Source: a virus (lineage: Duplodnaviria; Caudoviricetes). Taken from it: a stretch of DNA of 58,227 nt. The notes under the pieces were generated by a model. The model was not told the DNA's origin. It worked only from the letters and a program-made list of their open reading frames with translations, and did no database searches. Positions within the stretch are counted from its first letter, which is position 1. Each line of letters starts with the position of its first letter. Below are positions 28,638 through 38,618 of this stretch, in pieces. The stretch is taken from positions 1 through 58,227 of IMG/VR virus record IMGVR_UViG_3300017716_002607; one strand, 5' to 3'. Made by a program: the position numbers and the translations under genes.

Positions 28638-30449
28638 TTAAAAAGTTACAACTCTACCTTGAATGTCTAATTCAGGATATCTTATTTCAAATATAGAAGG
28701 ATCTAATGAAGGATATAAAATTCCATTTTGAATAGCACCGGCTACATCATAGCTGTATGGAGAGTAATTTCCACCTGATTTGTTTATAAATTCTATTTTA
28801 ACTACAGATTGTACTCCTTTTATTTGGAGTAAAACAGCATTAACGTTAGATATGATAATAGGTTGATTTACTTGCCATTTATCTATATCAAAATAACTTG
28901 TAAGAGCAGCTATACAATCAGTTAATATTTGATTATTACTTAAACCAGGTATAACTGTTATATCAAAATTTAAACCTAAATTTATGTAAAAAGCATCTTT
29001 AATAGTAATAGCATCTGTAACCATTCTAAATGGCTCCATGTATTCTTTCAAATTCGCTTTTAAATTTAAAGTAGCATTTTCTAATTTTTTAGTAGAGTTA
29101 TATGCTAACACATACATTGAAAGTGCAAGTGGATTATTATCTATTAAGGGGTCGTTTCCTGAATTAACAGATAAAGCAGAGGCTTGTTCAACATATACTT
29201 TAGATATAGTACCAAAATCAGAAGGCATACTTAAAGCACGACTCATATAATCGTCTTTAGTTACAGCTCTTAATTGAGCTGAGAATGCATTTAGCGTGTT
29301 TAAACGTATTTCTTCTACAGTATCACCACTCCTGCCACCTGTAGCAGGTATTGGATTATTCGCGATTAAAGTCGCCAAAGACGCATTAGTATACACGGGG
29401 TTTGAAGCCACTATACCGGCATTTGAATTAATAACGGTAATATCATTAGCAGATACATTTGATGTTACACCACCACCTGAAAGATATTGGACTGTTAATG
29501 TTATATTTGAAGGAACAGTACCATACTGTTTAGTATAAAACACAGCTGATTGGTTGTAGTTATTAACTAAATCAGAAGTATCAACTGAAGGTATTAAACC
29601 TAACTGGATATTATCTGGTGTTGGTATAATAACATCATCGTTATCATTTACGTACATACCTGATCCAAATTGTAACTCTACAACATCATCAGTTCTAATT
29701 CTAGATACATATCTGTTAGGAGTTTCTAAATAACTTAAAAGATAAGGTACTTGATTAGCTGAAGGTCCTGTGTTTGTTGTTCTATTAATTATATTAGATT
29801 GAGCTAAATAAGGCACTTCATACCATTGACTACCATCACTTCCTGTGGCTTGTAAAATTTGTAAAAAGTTTGGATCATTTATTTCAACTGAGTTAAATTT
29901 TAAAGGTGCCCCAAACGTAAATGTTTGGGTTTGTAAAGTAGCCGATATAGCTCTAACAGATTTTTTAAATAAGTAATTATTACCATCGTATAACGTTATT
30001 TCAACTGACTCTGTTTTAGAGAAATCAACTGGATCTAATGTTAAAAAGTCAGTACTATTAGATACTGAACGTAAAGATAAATTTTCTGGTATTATTAAAG
30101 CATAATCTAAGTTAGGTTGTCCTGCTACTATTGGAATTCTTTGATAAAAATCAATTGTAGTAACGGCAGCATATGACGATTTAGGACGATATCCTAATGA
30201 ATACGCCATATTTAATAGATTTTCTTTTTCCCTAGCTGTTAATACAAAGTTTTCTTGTATTTGAGTATCAGTATAGAATGACAAAACATCTCCAACATAT
30301 GAAGACATTTCAATAAACATCGTACCAGGTGAAGCTTCTGAGAAGTCAGTATATGTGTTAGGAAAATAATTTCTAGCAAACTCTATAAGAGATGCTTTAT
30401 ATTGAAGGAAATTCTTATTTAAATAAGATATATTTTTTTGTTCGGTCAT
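28638..30449 (-). CDS. baseplate wedge protein (T4 gp6 / baseplate J-like)
   Basis: YTDFSEASPG, LGYRP, QLRAVTKDDY motifs. Confidence 0.85.
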   Translation of the reverse strand: MTEQKNISYLNKNFLQYKASLIEFARNYFPNTYTDFSEASPGTMFIEMSSYVGDVLSFYTDTQIQENFVLTAREKENLLNMAYSLGYRPKSSYAAVTTIDFYQRIPIVAGQPNLDYALIIPENLSLRSVSNSTDFLTLDPVDFSKTESVEITLYDGNNYLFKKSVRAISATLQTQTFTFGAPLKFNSVEINDPNFLQILQATGSDGSQWYEVPYLAQSNIINRTTNTGPSANQVPYLLSYLETPNRYVSRIRTDDVVELQFGSGMYVNDNDDVIIPTPDNIQLGLIPSVDTSDLVNNYNQSAVFYTKQYGTVPSNITLTVQYLSGGGVTSNVSANDITVINSNAGIVASNPVYTNASLATLIANNPIPATGGRSGDTVEEIRLNTLNAFSAQLRAVTKDDYMSRALSMPSDFGTISKVYVEQASALSVNSGNDPLIDNNPLALSMYVLAYNSTKKLENATLNLKANLKEYMEPFRMVTDAITIKDAFYINLGLNFDITVIPGLSNNQILTDCIAALTSYFDIDKWQVNQPIIISNVNAVLLQIKGVQSVVKIEFINKSGGNYSPYSYDVAGAIQNGILYPSLDPSIFEIRYPELDIQGRVVTF

Positions 30450-30865
30450 TATACAAAGTTAACTGTTATATTATCGGTTTCTCCTGAAATTAGTATTACG
30501 TATGCTATTTTTACAAGTAATGTATTAAATGACTCATTAGGTTCTATTAATAATTCAATATTTTGAATTGATACTTCTGGTATATATACACCTACACTAT
30601 TAATTATATCTTCTCTAACATTATTTAAAGTGTCTTCTGTCATCTGTCCAAATAGTTGACTTCTTAAAGTAGTACCAAAATTTGGATTTTCTATTCTTTC
30701 TCCTTTAGAGGTTAATACTAAATTAACTACATTAAATTTTATTTGCTCTCTTGTAGAATATATACTATTAAAAACCCCTGGAGCATTAAATGGCAAACCA
30801 ACACCAATAGCGGTGTTGACTTGAAAATCTCTCGGGTCAACTCTAGTACTTCTAACGTAAGCCAT
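30449..30865 (-). CDS. baseplate protein (T4 gp25-like)
   Basis: NLVLTSKGERIENPNFGT motif. Confidence 0.85.
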   Translation of the reverse strand: MAYVRSTRVDPRDFQVNTAIGVGLPFNAPGVFNSIYSTREQIKFNVVNLVLTSKGERIENPNFGTTLRSQLFGQMTEDTLNNVREDIINSVGVYIPEVSIQNIELLIEPNESFNTLLVKIAYVILISGETDNITVNFV

Positions 30866-31227
30866 TACTGTACACTTCTAAAATTATTTAAATCAGCTGG
30901 GTTTGATCTCATTTCAGCTGCTACTTGAGATAGTAAATCTGAGTATACTGCTTGTTTTTCACCGAATGTTTTAGGTGGTTCTGGTTTCATAGCATCTGCT
31001 ATGCCCATTTTTTCCATTAAACTATTTCGTAAAGCAGGGTTTGTATTACCAGTATTAAAATTCATAGTAGGCCATGCTTCATTAGTATTAGTTGAAGGTG
31101 GTGGTGTATAAGGTAAACCATATGAAACAGATTCACTAAGTTTTTGTTTACCTAACTCTGCTAATTCTTCTTTTAAAACCTCTCTTACGGCTTCTTTAAT
31201 AAGGGTTTTTAATTCATTTGTTTTCAT
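30865..31227 (-). CDS. hypothetical protein with MKTNELKTLIKEAVRE leader
   Basis: ORF; late motif upstream. Confidence 0.7.
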   Translation of the reverse strand: MKTNELKTLIKEAVREVLKEELAELGKQKLSESVSYGLPYTPPPSTNTNEAWPTMNFNTGNTNPALRNSLMEKMGIADAMKPEPPKTFGEKQAVYSDLLSQVAAEMRSNPADLNNFRSVQ

Positions 31228-31238
31228 ATCAATAAATA

Positions 31239-32525
31239 TTAAGCTTCAAGTCTTCGTTTGTCAATTTCTAATTTTAATTCATCAATTAGAACCTCAGGAT
31301 CTAATGTAAATGACGGTTCTGATTGTAATGCTATAAATCCACTTCGGTCTAAAGCAACAGCATATCTTCGTTTATTACCAGCTACTATAAATCTAGGATC
31401 ATCTTCTTCTAATATAGAGAAAGTAAATCCATTATATTCAACTCCAAGTACAGGACCTAATCCTCCATCTAACCCAGCACCAGAAGTTTCTAATAAATCT
31501 CTTGCTTCTTGTGGTGTAACATTCGGATCATCTAGTATTTTACCTAATGGAAGTAATCTAGAACGTTCATATTGAATAGTTGATTTAAATCTATTTAAAG
31601 TTCCTATTGCAATCTGTAACAGTATGTTAAGAGATATTATTACGGGTGCATATTTTGCTATTGTTCTTGTTGTTTTAATACCAATAGGTGATATCTGATA
31701 CGGTGTATATGGAATAGCAGTTAATACAGATACAGTTAATGATAATATTGTTAAAGTAGTACTTATGGATTTAAGTGTTCTATTAAATCTATTAACCTGG
31801 TCTTCTGCTGATTTTAAAGACACTAATGCTGCATCTCTAGCTATTTTTGCTTTTTCTAAGTCTGCTTTAGTAGTTGCATTTCTAATAATGTTATTAGTTT
31901 TATCTACTAATTCATTTAATTTGGAAATAGTTTGAGATAATTTATTAACTTGGTTACTTAATATAAAACCAAAAACAAGTATAATAGCAGTAGGACCTTG
32001 TGATTTTATTATCTGTAGTAATGCTTTTTTAATTTTAGCTTTGTTTAATTTTATTTTTACACTATCTTTTTTAACTTTTAATCTTTCTTTTATTCGATTA
32101 ACATCTTTTTTTTCTTTTAAAGGACGTTCCGCAGTTAATATCCCTAACTGCTCTTTAATCTTATCAATTTGTTTTTTAGCACCTTCAACAGCTTTCTTAG
32201 CTTTTTCTAATTCTTGCTCTGCTTTTCTTTCTATTTTTCTGATAGCTTCTTTTCTATCATTTATAGTTTTAGCTCGTTGTTCTGGTGTTATATTACTGGC
32301 AAGAGCTGCTATGGCTGCCGTTCCTAATGCTGCTACTGCTGCTGGTGAATTTAAATTAGGAAGAGTAGGAGATAAAGCTTTAATAGCATTAGCTTGTACC
32401 TTAGCTTTATTATATAAGGCTTCTGCTTTACTATATTGAGCTTCAGCCTTTTGATATAGTGATTTAGACTCATCAAGTGCTTTTTTAGCTGCTTTTATTC
32501 TATCTTGGTTACTAGGACTAGCCAT
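31239..32525 (-). CDS. coiled-coil protein with hydrophobic segments
   Basis: 428 aa Lys/Ala-rich helical ORF. Confidence 0.7.
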   Translation of the reverse strand: MASPSNQDRIKAAKKALDESKSLYQKAEAQYSKAEALYNKAKVQANAIKALSPTLPNLNSPAAVAALGTAAIAALASNITPEQRAKTINDRKEAIRKIERKAEQELEKAKKAVEGAKKQIDKIKEQLGILTAERPLKEKKDVNRIKERLKVKKDSVKIKLNKAKIKKALLQIIKSQGPTAIILVFGFILSNQVNKLSQTISKLNELVDKTNNIIRNATTKADLEKAKIARDAALVSLKSAEDQVNRFNRTLKSISTTLTILSLTVSVLTAIPYTPYQISPIGIKTTRTIAKYAPVIISLNILLQIAIGTLNRFKSTIQYERSRLLPLGKILDDPNVTPQEARDLLETSGAGLDGGLGPVLGVEYNGFTFSILEEDDPRFIVAGNKRRYAVALDRSGFIALQSEPSFTLDPEVLIDELKLEIDKRRLEA

Positions 32526-33724
32526 TATATTGTATTAGTAGTTTTTGAAAGTAAACTTTCATTAAGTAATGTTTTGTTTAATATCTCCAATTTATCTTGA
32601 AGTGCAATAGCAGCATCATTAACAGTATACAAAGGAGTACCTTCAGGTTGCGATATTGTATTCGCTATATTAGATGAAAAATCACTTAACGTTAATATTA
32701 AATCAGATAACCACACATTTAAACTACATCCCAACACTAAAGGTTCAGGAGTAAGCGCATTATTATTAGGACCTAAAAATATTTGATTGTCCTGTAATGC
32801 TAAACCAACTTTATCACTTTGTAAATAAATTGGTCCTTGTGAGTAAGCTTCAATTCCGGTTTTACCTAATATTAAAACTTCATCTGATTTAGAAGATATA
32901 ATAGTTCTATCAGCATTTATTATAACCTGGGGATCTGTAAAATCTCTAACGTTAATAGGACTGGTAATATTACTAAACGCTATATTACCTGTATCTAGAG
33001 GTATAGATTGATTTGATGTTAAATAGACAGATGATCCATCTTTATTAATATCTTCAACATATAAATCTGAACCTGGTGATTTAAAATTATGTTGAGTTGT
33101 TATTAATGTGATGGGGTTATTAGTTAATTCGTTAGGATTAGTAGACCAGGGTGTTAAATCTAAACCACCGGCTTTATTTGTACTACCAAAACGAAGAGAA
33201 TTTCCAAATCTACCTTCTAATAAATAATCACCTTCAAATGTTTGTAATCCTCTAAAATCTGAGTTTTCATTAAACGAATTATATAGTACTTCTTTATCAT
33301 CACTTAAAAATAAACCATTAAATTGAGTACTATTCCATGCATTAATTACACTAACATAATAAGTTTCATCTGTTTTGTTAGTAATAGGAGAAGGTGCTGA
33401 TGGTAAATCCATTAACATGACAATCTCACCAGGTAAAGGGAAATATTTTTGATTAGGATATAAAGGTAAAGCTGTATCTAATTCTATTAATTGGGAATCA
33501 CTAAGTGATTCTAATGGTAGTTCAGTATCTTCTCTATATTCAGCATATAAAACAGTACCAACACCAGCCCATCCTCCATTATTGATCCAGACTTGTTGAG
33601 GAACGCTCTGTTCATCTAATATAACGGCATACACTTTCCCAACTTTATATCCTTGGGCAGCAGTATAATTATTAAAGCCTATATTGGCCGTAATATTAGA
33701 TAAACCGGCTCTAACTCTAGTCAT
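32525..33724 (-). CDS. baseplate hub / central spike-like protein (gp5-like)
   Basis: PLPGEIV, EGDYLLEGRFGNSLRFG, beta-helix-like C-terminus; near gp25/gp6. Confidence 0.6.
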   Translation of the reverse strand: MTRVRAGLSNITANIGFNNYTAAQGYKVGKVYAVILDEQSVPQQVWINNGGWAGVGTVLYAEYREDTELPLESLSDSQLIELDTALPLYPNQKYFPLPGEIVMLMDLPSAPSPITNKTDETYYVSVINAWNSTQFNGLFLSDDKEVLYNSFNENSDFRGLQTFEGDYLLEGRFGNSLRFGSTNKAGGLDLTPWSTNPNELTNNPITLITTQHNFKSPGSDLYVEDINKDGSSVYLTSNQSIPLDTGNIAFSNITSPINVRDFTDPQVIINADRTIISSKSDEVLILGKTGIEAYSQGPIYLQSDKVGLALQDNQIFLGPNNNALTPEPLVLGCSLNVWLSDLILTLSDFSSNIANTISQPEGTPLYTVNDAAIALQDKLEILNKTLLNESLLSKTTNTI

Positions 33725-33727
33725 ATG

Positions 33728-34084
33728 TTATTCTTTAGTTGGTCCTTCTACACCATTACCTATTTCACTTACGGCGGAGAATAATTGCTCTTTTTCTGCT
33801 TCACTTAATATAAAACCACCAATGCTGTCTCCTTCACCTAAAGAGGCAGCACGTTGAACTATACTAGCTAGTTTAATTAGTTGTTCATCGTTTTTAACAC
33901 TAATGTTAAGATAATTTGCAATTAATGGAACTATAGTAAGAGCTGAATGGTTATCTGTAATGAATGGTTTTAGGGTACCTATTAATTCTTTGATTTGTTT
34001 TTCCTTTTCTTTAGAATTGGCATAAATATCTTTTAACAAATCGGAGAATTTTTTATTACCCCATATAGTTTTATCAAAATCCAT
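33728..34084 (-). CDS. hypothetical phage protein
   Basis: 118 aa ORF, late motif upstream. Confidence 0.7.
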   Translation of the reverse strand: MDFDKTIWGNKKFSDLLKDIYANSKEKEKQIKELIGTLKPFITDNHSALTIVPLIANYLNISVKNDEQLIKLASIVQRAASLGEGDSIGGFILSEAEKEQLFSAVSEIGNGVEGPTKE

Positions 34085-34123
34085 ATAAATTTATTTTATT
34101 ATAAATATAAAAATTAACAAAAA

Positions 34124-34879
34124 TTACATATTAATGTAACTATCTTCATAATATTTATTATATAAATCAATATATATAACCTTTAATTTTTTAATTATTT
34201 TAGTAATTTGAGGAGTATCTACATCTATCATTTCACGAATATAAATGTATAGCGCCTTTTTATTAAATATATCCAATGATTCACATTTACGGAATAATTC
34301 AACGACAGCATCTGCTGTTTTAGCATCTATTTCTTTAGGAAACAATTTATGAAGATTTTTATCAACATATTTAGTGTATAACGACATAAATTCACTTACA
34401 CTATAGTCTTGTCCATAGTGGTCGTTTATTATTTCTTCTCGTATAGTTTTATCCTCTTCAATCTCTAATATGTCACCTTTATTTTGAAGTTTTTGGTAAT
34501 TTTTCTTATTTTTTAAAATTAAATAACGTTTAGCTATAGTTCCAAAATAGGAATAAGCCTTACCTTTAGCAGGCTTATATAATTTAAGTTTTTCAAGTAA
34601 AAAAGCAATTACTTCTTGTTGTACATCTTCAACAGACTCACCGTCAGTATAATAAAATTTAAAAGTGTGAATAATGTTTTGAGTTAATTTAAAAAATCCA
34701 TACTCAATACGCTCACGATAAACTCTATCTCTGAATTTCTGGTCTTGTGATCTAACGTACTCTACAATAGCATTTTGGGTGTCTTCTGTAAAATATGTAT
34801 GTGACGTTTTAGGTTTACGTTTACGAGGTTTGCCTGATTTGGTTAACTCAACTACTACTGGGCTATCTTCTAACTCCAT
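34124..34879 (-). CDS. RNA polymerase sigma-like factor (T4 gp55-like late sigma)
   Basis: YFTE...AIVEY and KAYSYFGTIAKRYLI region-2-like motif. Confidence 0.65.
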   Translation of the reverse strand: MELEDSPVVVELTKSGKPRKRKPKTSHTYFTEDTQNAIVEYVRSQDQKFRDRVYRERIEYGFFKLTQNIIHTFKFYYTDGESVEDVQQEVIAFLLEKLKLYKPAKGKAYSYFGTIAKRYLILKNKKNYQKLQNKGDILEIEEDKTIREEIINDHYGQDYSVSEFMSLYTKYVDKNLHKLFPKEIDAKTADAVVELFRKCESLDIFNKKALYIYIREMIDVDTPQITKIIKKLKVIYIDLYNKYYEDSYINM

Positions 34880-35144
34880 TTAGATTAAAATCGTTTAGTT
34901 CACTTTGCAATGTTTTAACACTTTCAAAAAACCACCCTATCTCATCATCTGATTGGAATGTTCCTTTCTCATCAATTTCTCCTAATCTTCTATTAGCAAA
35001 GTCTACTGAATTAGAAAATTTAGAAATATATGATTCTTGAGAATCTACTATTCTTTCTAATTGTTCTACTTTTCTAAATAAATTATAAGAAATATATCCT
35101 AAAATAAGGACGATAATAATTAAAATAATTACAAATGTTGTCAT
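34863..35144 (-). CDS. small membrane-anchored coiled-coil protein
   Basis: N-terminal hydrophobic helix. Confidence 0.7.
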   Translation of the reverse strand: MTTFVIILIIIVLILGYISYNLFRKVEQLERIVDSQESYISKFSNSVDFANRRLGEIDEKGTFQSDDEIGWFFESVKTLQSELNDFNLNGVRR

Positions 35145-35145
35145 A

Positions 35146-35331
35146 TTAATAATTCATTTCGTCGTTTTCAATAGAGATAGTATCTCTTAAACTCGTTACA
35201 GCTTCTCTCATGTCTCTAAAGGCACCAGCAATAACACTTCTATCTTCATTACGGCTAATAGCGCTTTCTAAAGCAGCAACTTTGTGCTCAATTCTTTCAA
35301 TTTTCTTAAGGGCTTGTTCTTTGTATTTCAT
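35146..35331 (-). CDS. hypothetical protein
   Basis: 61 aa ORF downstream of promoter-like motif. Confidence 0.65.
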   Translation of the reverse strand: MKYKEQALKKIERIEHKVAALESAISRNEDRSVIAGAFRDMREAVTSLRDTISIENDEMNY

Positions 35332-35456
35332 TTTGTTTTAAATTTTATAGTTATAATGTATTATACGAAAGGAGGAGGCGGTAGCCAAGTTTTCTTTAAA
35401 AGCAGTGCATTTCATACCACTATCAATAGATACATATATATAAGGTGGTAAAGGAC

Positions 35457-35486
35457 AAAAAAACCCGCCTTTTTAGGGGCGGGTTA
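35457..35486 (-). terminator. intrinsic terminator
   Basis: aacccgcc-loop-ggcgggtt with A-run on + strand. Confidence 0.75.
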
Positions 35487-35515
35487 TATTTTTAAGATTT
35501 AATTAATTTTTAAGA

Positions 35516-36109
35516 TTAAAGATCATAAGTAATAGAAATGAATTCCTTATATAATTCCCCAGGAGTCAATTCCATATTATATCCTCCCATTTCTTCAAAG
35601 TTTTCAAAATCCCCAGTACCATAATCATAACCAAAACTATTAAGACTTTCTATATAATATTCTAAATTATCAGGATCAATTTCTAAATTGTTTTGAGCAG
35701 CATATTTTTTTATAGCATCTACTACACCTTTTACATTAATCACATATTTTCCATCTTCATCATCTTCATCATATTCATCAGCAGGATCATAATTAGGATT
35801 AGCTATAAAGTATTTTATTTTACTATTATCTTTAATTCCTCTTTTACCTGCTAATTGTTGTTTAAGTATTTTATCAACTTTATCTTTTTCACTTTGTGCA
35901 AATGAAGTTTTTAATGCATCTATACCTTCTTGATCTGAAGGGAAATACCCACTGCCTAACCATGTATGAGGTATACCATTAAAAATTTTAGTTGGCCCAT
36001 CATATTTTTTTAAATCGGGGTTTTCATTTAATTCTCTATATTGAGATTCGGTAATAATACCTGCTAGTTTTTGAAGGCGTGTTGCCTCAGTAATAAATTG
36101 TTTTTTCAT
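35516..36109 (-). CDS. hypothetical protein with MKKQFITEA leader
   Basis: Shared leader. Confidence 0.75.
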   Translation of the reverse strand: MKKQFITEATRLQKLAGIITESQYRELNENPDLKKYDGPTKIFNGIPHTWLGSGYFPSDQEGIDALKTSFAQSEKDKVDKILKQQLAGKRGIKDNSKIKYFIANPNYDPADEYDEDDEDGKYVINVKGVVDAIKKYAAQNNLEIDPDNLEYYIESLNSFGYDYGTGDFENFEEMGGYNMELTPGELYKEFISITYDL

Positions 36110-36126
36110 TGTTATTTGTTATTTAA

Positions 36127-36522
36127 TTATACTTTATCTAATTTTTGAGTTCTTAAATCGTAAGTAAGGTATTCCGGTATTGAATCAAAATAGCCACTTT
36201 GTATTAAATCATTAACATAATCCCTTACTGCTTTGTCGGATAATTCATCATTCCCATTAGTAGTAATAGATTTAACCAAAAATCTCCCGCCTTCATTTAC
36301 CGAAATTACAACATAGGCATCGTCATTTAAACCATCTTCTAAATTTACAGTAACAATAAATTCACGAACAGGAAATCCTACCATTGAATCAACTTTCAAC
36401 GACTTATTTGAATTTGCTTCGGGTTGTTCACATAAACTCTTTACTTTATCCATCTGAGATTCAGTAATGATACCAGCCAATTTTTGCATTCTAGCAGTTT
36501 CAGTTATAAATTGTTTTTTCAT
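36127..36522 (-). CDS. hypothetical protein with MKKQFITE leader
   Basis: Shared leader. Confidence 0.75.
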   Translation of the reverse strand: MKKQFITETARMQKLAGIITESQMDKVKSLCEQPEANSNKSLKVDSMVGFPVREFIVTVNLEDGLNDDAYVVISVNEGGRFLVKSITTNGNDELSDKAVRDYVNDLIQSGYFDSIPEYLTYDLRTQKLDKV

Positions 36523-36547
36523 GGTTATTTATTTGATTGTTTATTAA

Positions 36548-36943
36548 TTACATTCCTCCAAAATCTTCACCTTTGGATGAACTAGCAAGAAAGGCAACTG
36601 CTACTCTACCATCGGGAAGAGTGTAATATCCTGCCTTTGAACCGTAAGTTGGGTCTTTCATAGCTTTCTCTAGTTCTGCTTTTGTATCAAAGATTAAAAA
36701 ATTTGTATATTCATCACCTCTATCATCGATTAATGCAGTATACATAGGAAAATTAGGGCTTACTCTTTTCTTAACTATCTTAGCGTCAGCGTAATCTTCT
36801 TCTTCCTCTTCATAGTTACGTTCGTCATCATAATCATTATATGTATCTCGATGTGGTGCATCTCTATCCCACATTTCATTTTCAGTAATGATACCGGCTA
36901 GTTTTTGAAGGCGAGTTGCCTCTGTTATGAATTGTTTTTTCAT
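36548..36943 (-). CDS. acidic hypothetical protein with MKKQFITEA leader
   Basis: Shared leader. Confidence 0.75.
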   Translation of the reverse strand: MKKQFITEATRLQKLAGIITENEMWDRDAPHRDTYNDYDDERNYEEEEEDYADAKIVKKRVSPNFPMYTALIDDRGDEYTNFLIFDTKAELEKAMKDPTYGSKAGYYTLPDGRVAVAFLASSSKGEDFGGM

Positions 36944-37206
36944 TGTTTGATTGATTGTAATATTTCTTTTAAACTAATTTTCTTAACTTTAAAATTAAAA
37001 GCTTTTTGATCAATAAGTTGATCTAATACTTTTTCCTCTACAGGATCACCTGTTACAAAAATGCATTTATCATCATCTTTATTTTCAGGTACATCAACAA
37101 AACTAGTATTATCTACACCCAATCCTGGTTGTAGTTGAGATAACACTTTATTCATTTTATTAATAAACGCTGCTTTGTCTTTGTCTTGTAGTACGTATTC
37201 GGCCAT
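36940..37206 (-). CDS. hypothetical protein
   Basis: 88 aa ORF in operon. Confidence 0.7.
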   Translation of the reverse strand: MAEYVLQDKDKAAFINKMNKVLSQLQPGLGVDNTSFVDVPENKDDDKCIFVTGDPVEEKVLDQLIDQKAFNFKVKKISLKEILQSIKQ

Positions 37207-37207
37207 A

Positions 37208-38071
37208 TTATTTTACAGTATAATTACCTGATTTTTTTAAGCGTTCTCTATTTTCTTTGTCTTTGCGTTTAAATTTAAGATCAGCAGCTATTCTACCTCG
37301 TCTATATTCTTTATCTATCTCAGTATCTTGATGTTGTTCTAAATCTTTTAACATTTCGCGATAAATACCGGATGTCATAATTACATCTCCAAAAGCATCA
37401 TGTGCCTGAGAATTATCTATTCCTAAAGAATTTGCTACTTTTCCTAAAGTACTCCCAACTAAATTACCAGAACCACTAGTTCCTAATTTATTTAATATTT
37501 CAATACTTCGTCCATTACCTTTTTCAGCTAACTGTTGTTGAAGAGGAATCCAAAAATATTGAGCTATTTTCATTACATCTAATGTAGTAGATTTTAATTT
37601 TTTATCTTTAGATACAGTATTAAATACTTCCATATCAAATGGAGTATTATAAATTAATAAAATAGGATTAGGAAATGAATTAACCCAATCAACAAAATCT
37701 GACAGTATGATTTGTTGTTCTCTTTTAATTGATGTATCATCAGCATAACGATTTATTTGTAATGCTTTACTTACACCAGATTCTGGGTCTTCTGCTGCTT
37801 TAGCAATTTTTGGTTCTAGTTTAGCTTTTTCATTAAATTGACCTATTTTATTTCCTTCACTATCAGTAGCAATAGCGGCTATTTGAGTAATTTGTAAAGG
37901 TCTATCAAAAGTAAATCCTGAAGTTTCAGTATCAAACCAAATAAATGTCTTATCTGAGTACGAATTAATTCTATTTAAAAGATCTTTAATTTGAGTAGTA
38001 TCAAATCTGGTTTCTTTTATACCAGCCAATTTTTGTAAACGCCTAGCTTCAGTTATGAATTGTTTTCTCAT
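37208..38071 (-). CDS. DEDDh 3'-5' exonuclease (DnaQ-like) with MRKQFITEA leader
   Basis: FDTETSG, YNTPFD, AHDAFGD; start moved to the leader Met at 38071. Confidence 0.85.
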   Translation of the reverse strand: MRKQFITEARRLQKLAGIKETRFDTTQIKDLLNRINSYSDKTFIWFDTETSGFTFDRPLQITQIAAIATDSEGNKIGQFNEKAKLEPKIAKAAEDPESGVSKALQINRYADDTSIKREQQIILSDFVDWVNSFPNPILLIYNTPFDMEVFNTVSKDKKLKSTTLDVMKIAQYFWIPLQQQLAEKGNGRSIEILNKLGTSGSGNLVGSTLGKVANSLGIDNSQAHDAFGDVIMTSGIYREMLKDLEQHQDTEIDKEYRRGRIAADLKFKRKDKENRERLKKSGNYTVK

Positions 38072-38111
38072 TCTATTTTTGATTAATCTAGGTATAAATA
38101 TATTAGTATTA

Positions 38112-38618
38112 CTAAATACTTGCATTATTATCGGAAATAACACCAGCAATTGTCTCCTCAGCATAAGATATGGTTACAGCAAATCCCTCTTTATTAACAT
38201 GAAACGGTTTAAGTTTCTTATGTATTAAAGACTCAATTTGTAAAGGCGCTCTACAGGCGAATGCGTTAACAATGTACCAAGGTGTTATAACACCTGTTGC
38301 CCCGTTAATCTCTCGGACTCTCTCCTGTGGCGTCCTATCCGTATATCCAATTTTCAACACACCAGGTTGGCCTTTATTCTCCAAAATATAAATGTATCCT
38401 TCATTAAATGACAAAGAAGCATTAAATTTATTATTCTTTATCCAATAATGTATATAATCATTGGTTGGATCATTAGGATCAGGCGTTAAAGTATAAGCAT
38501 CAGAGTAAAAACAATTTACTCCTTCGGGTTTAGGATAATAATCCACCTTAGCTTCTTCTAATGTTATGTGTTTAAATTCTCCCATACTATTAATCTCTCC
38601 AAGCTTGTTCCACATCAC
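38112..38618 (-). CDS. T5orf172-type GIY-YIG domain protein
   Basis: GYIYIL...KIGYT.RTPQERV...TGV..P...E..IH. Confidence 0.8.
   Translation of the reverse strand: MMWNKLGEINSMGEFKHITLEEAKVDYYPKPEGVNCFYSDAYTLTPDPNDPTNDYIHYWIKNNKFNASLSFNEGYIYILENKGQPGVLKIGYTDRTPQERVREINGATGVITPWYIVNAFACRAPLQIESLIHKKLKPFHVNKEGFAVTISYAEETIAGVISDNNASI

Noticed and set aside
38072-38164. Longer start for the DEDDh exonuclease
   Set aside because: Overlaps the upstream gene and the late motif; leader Met at 38071 is the better start
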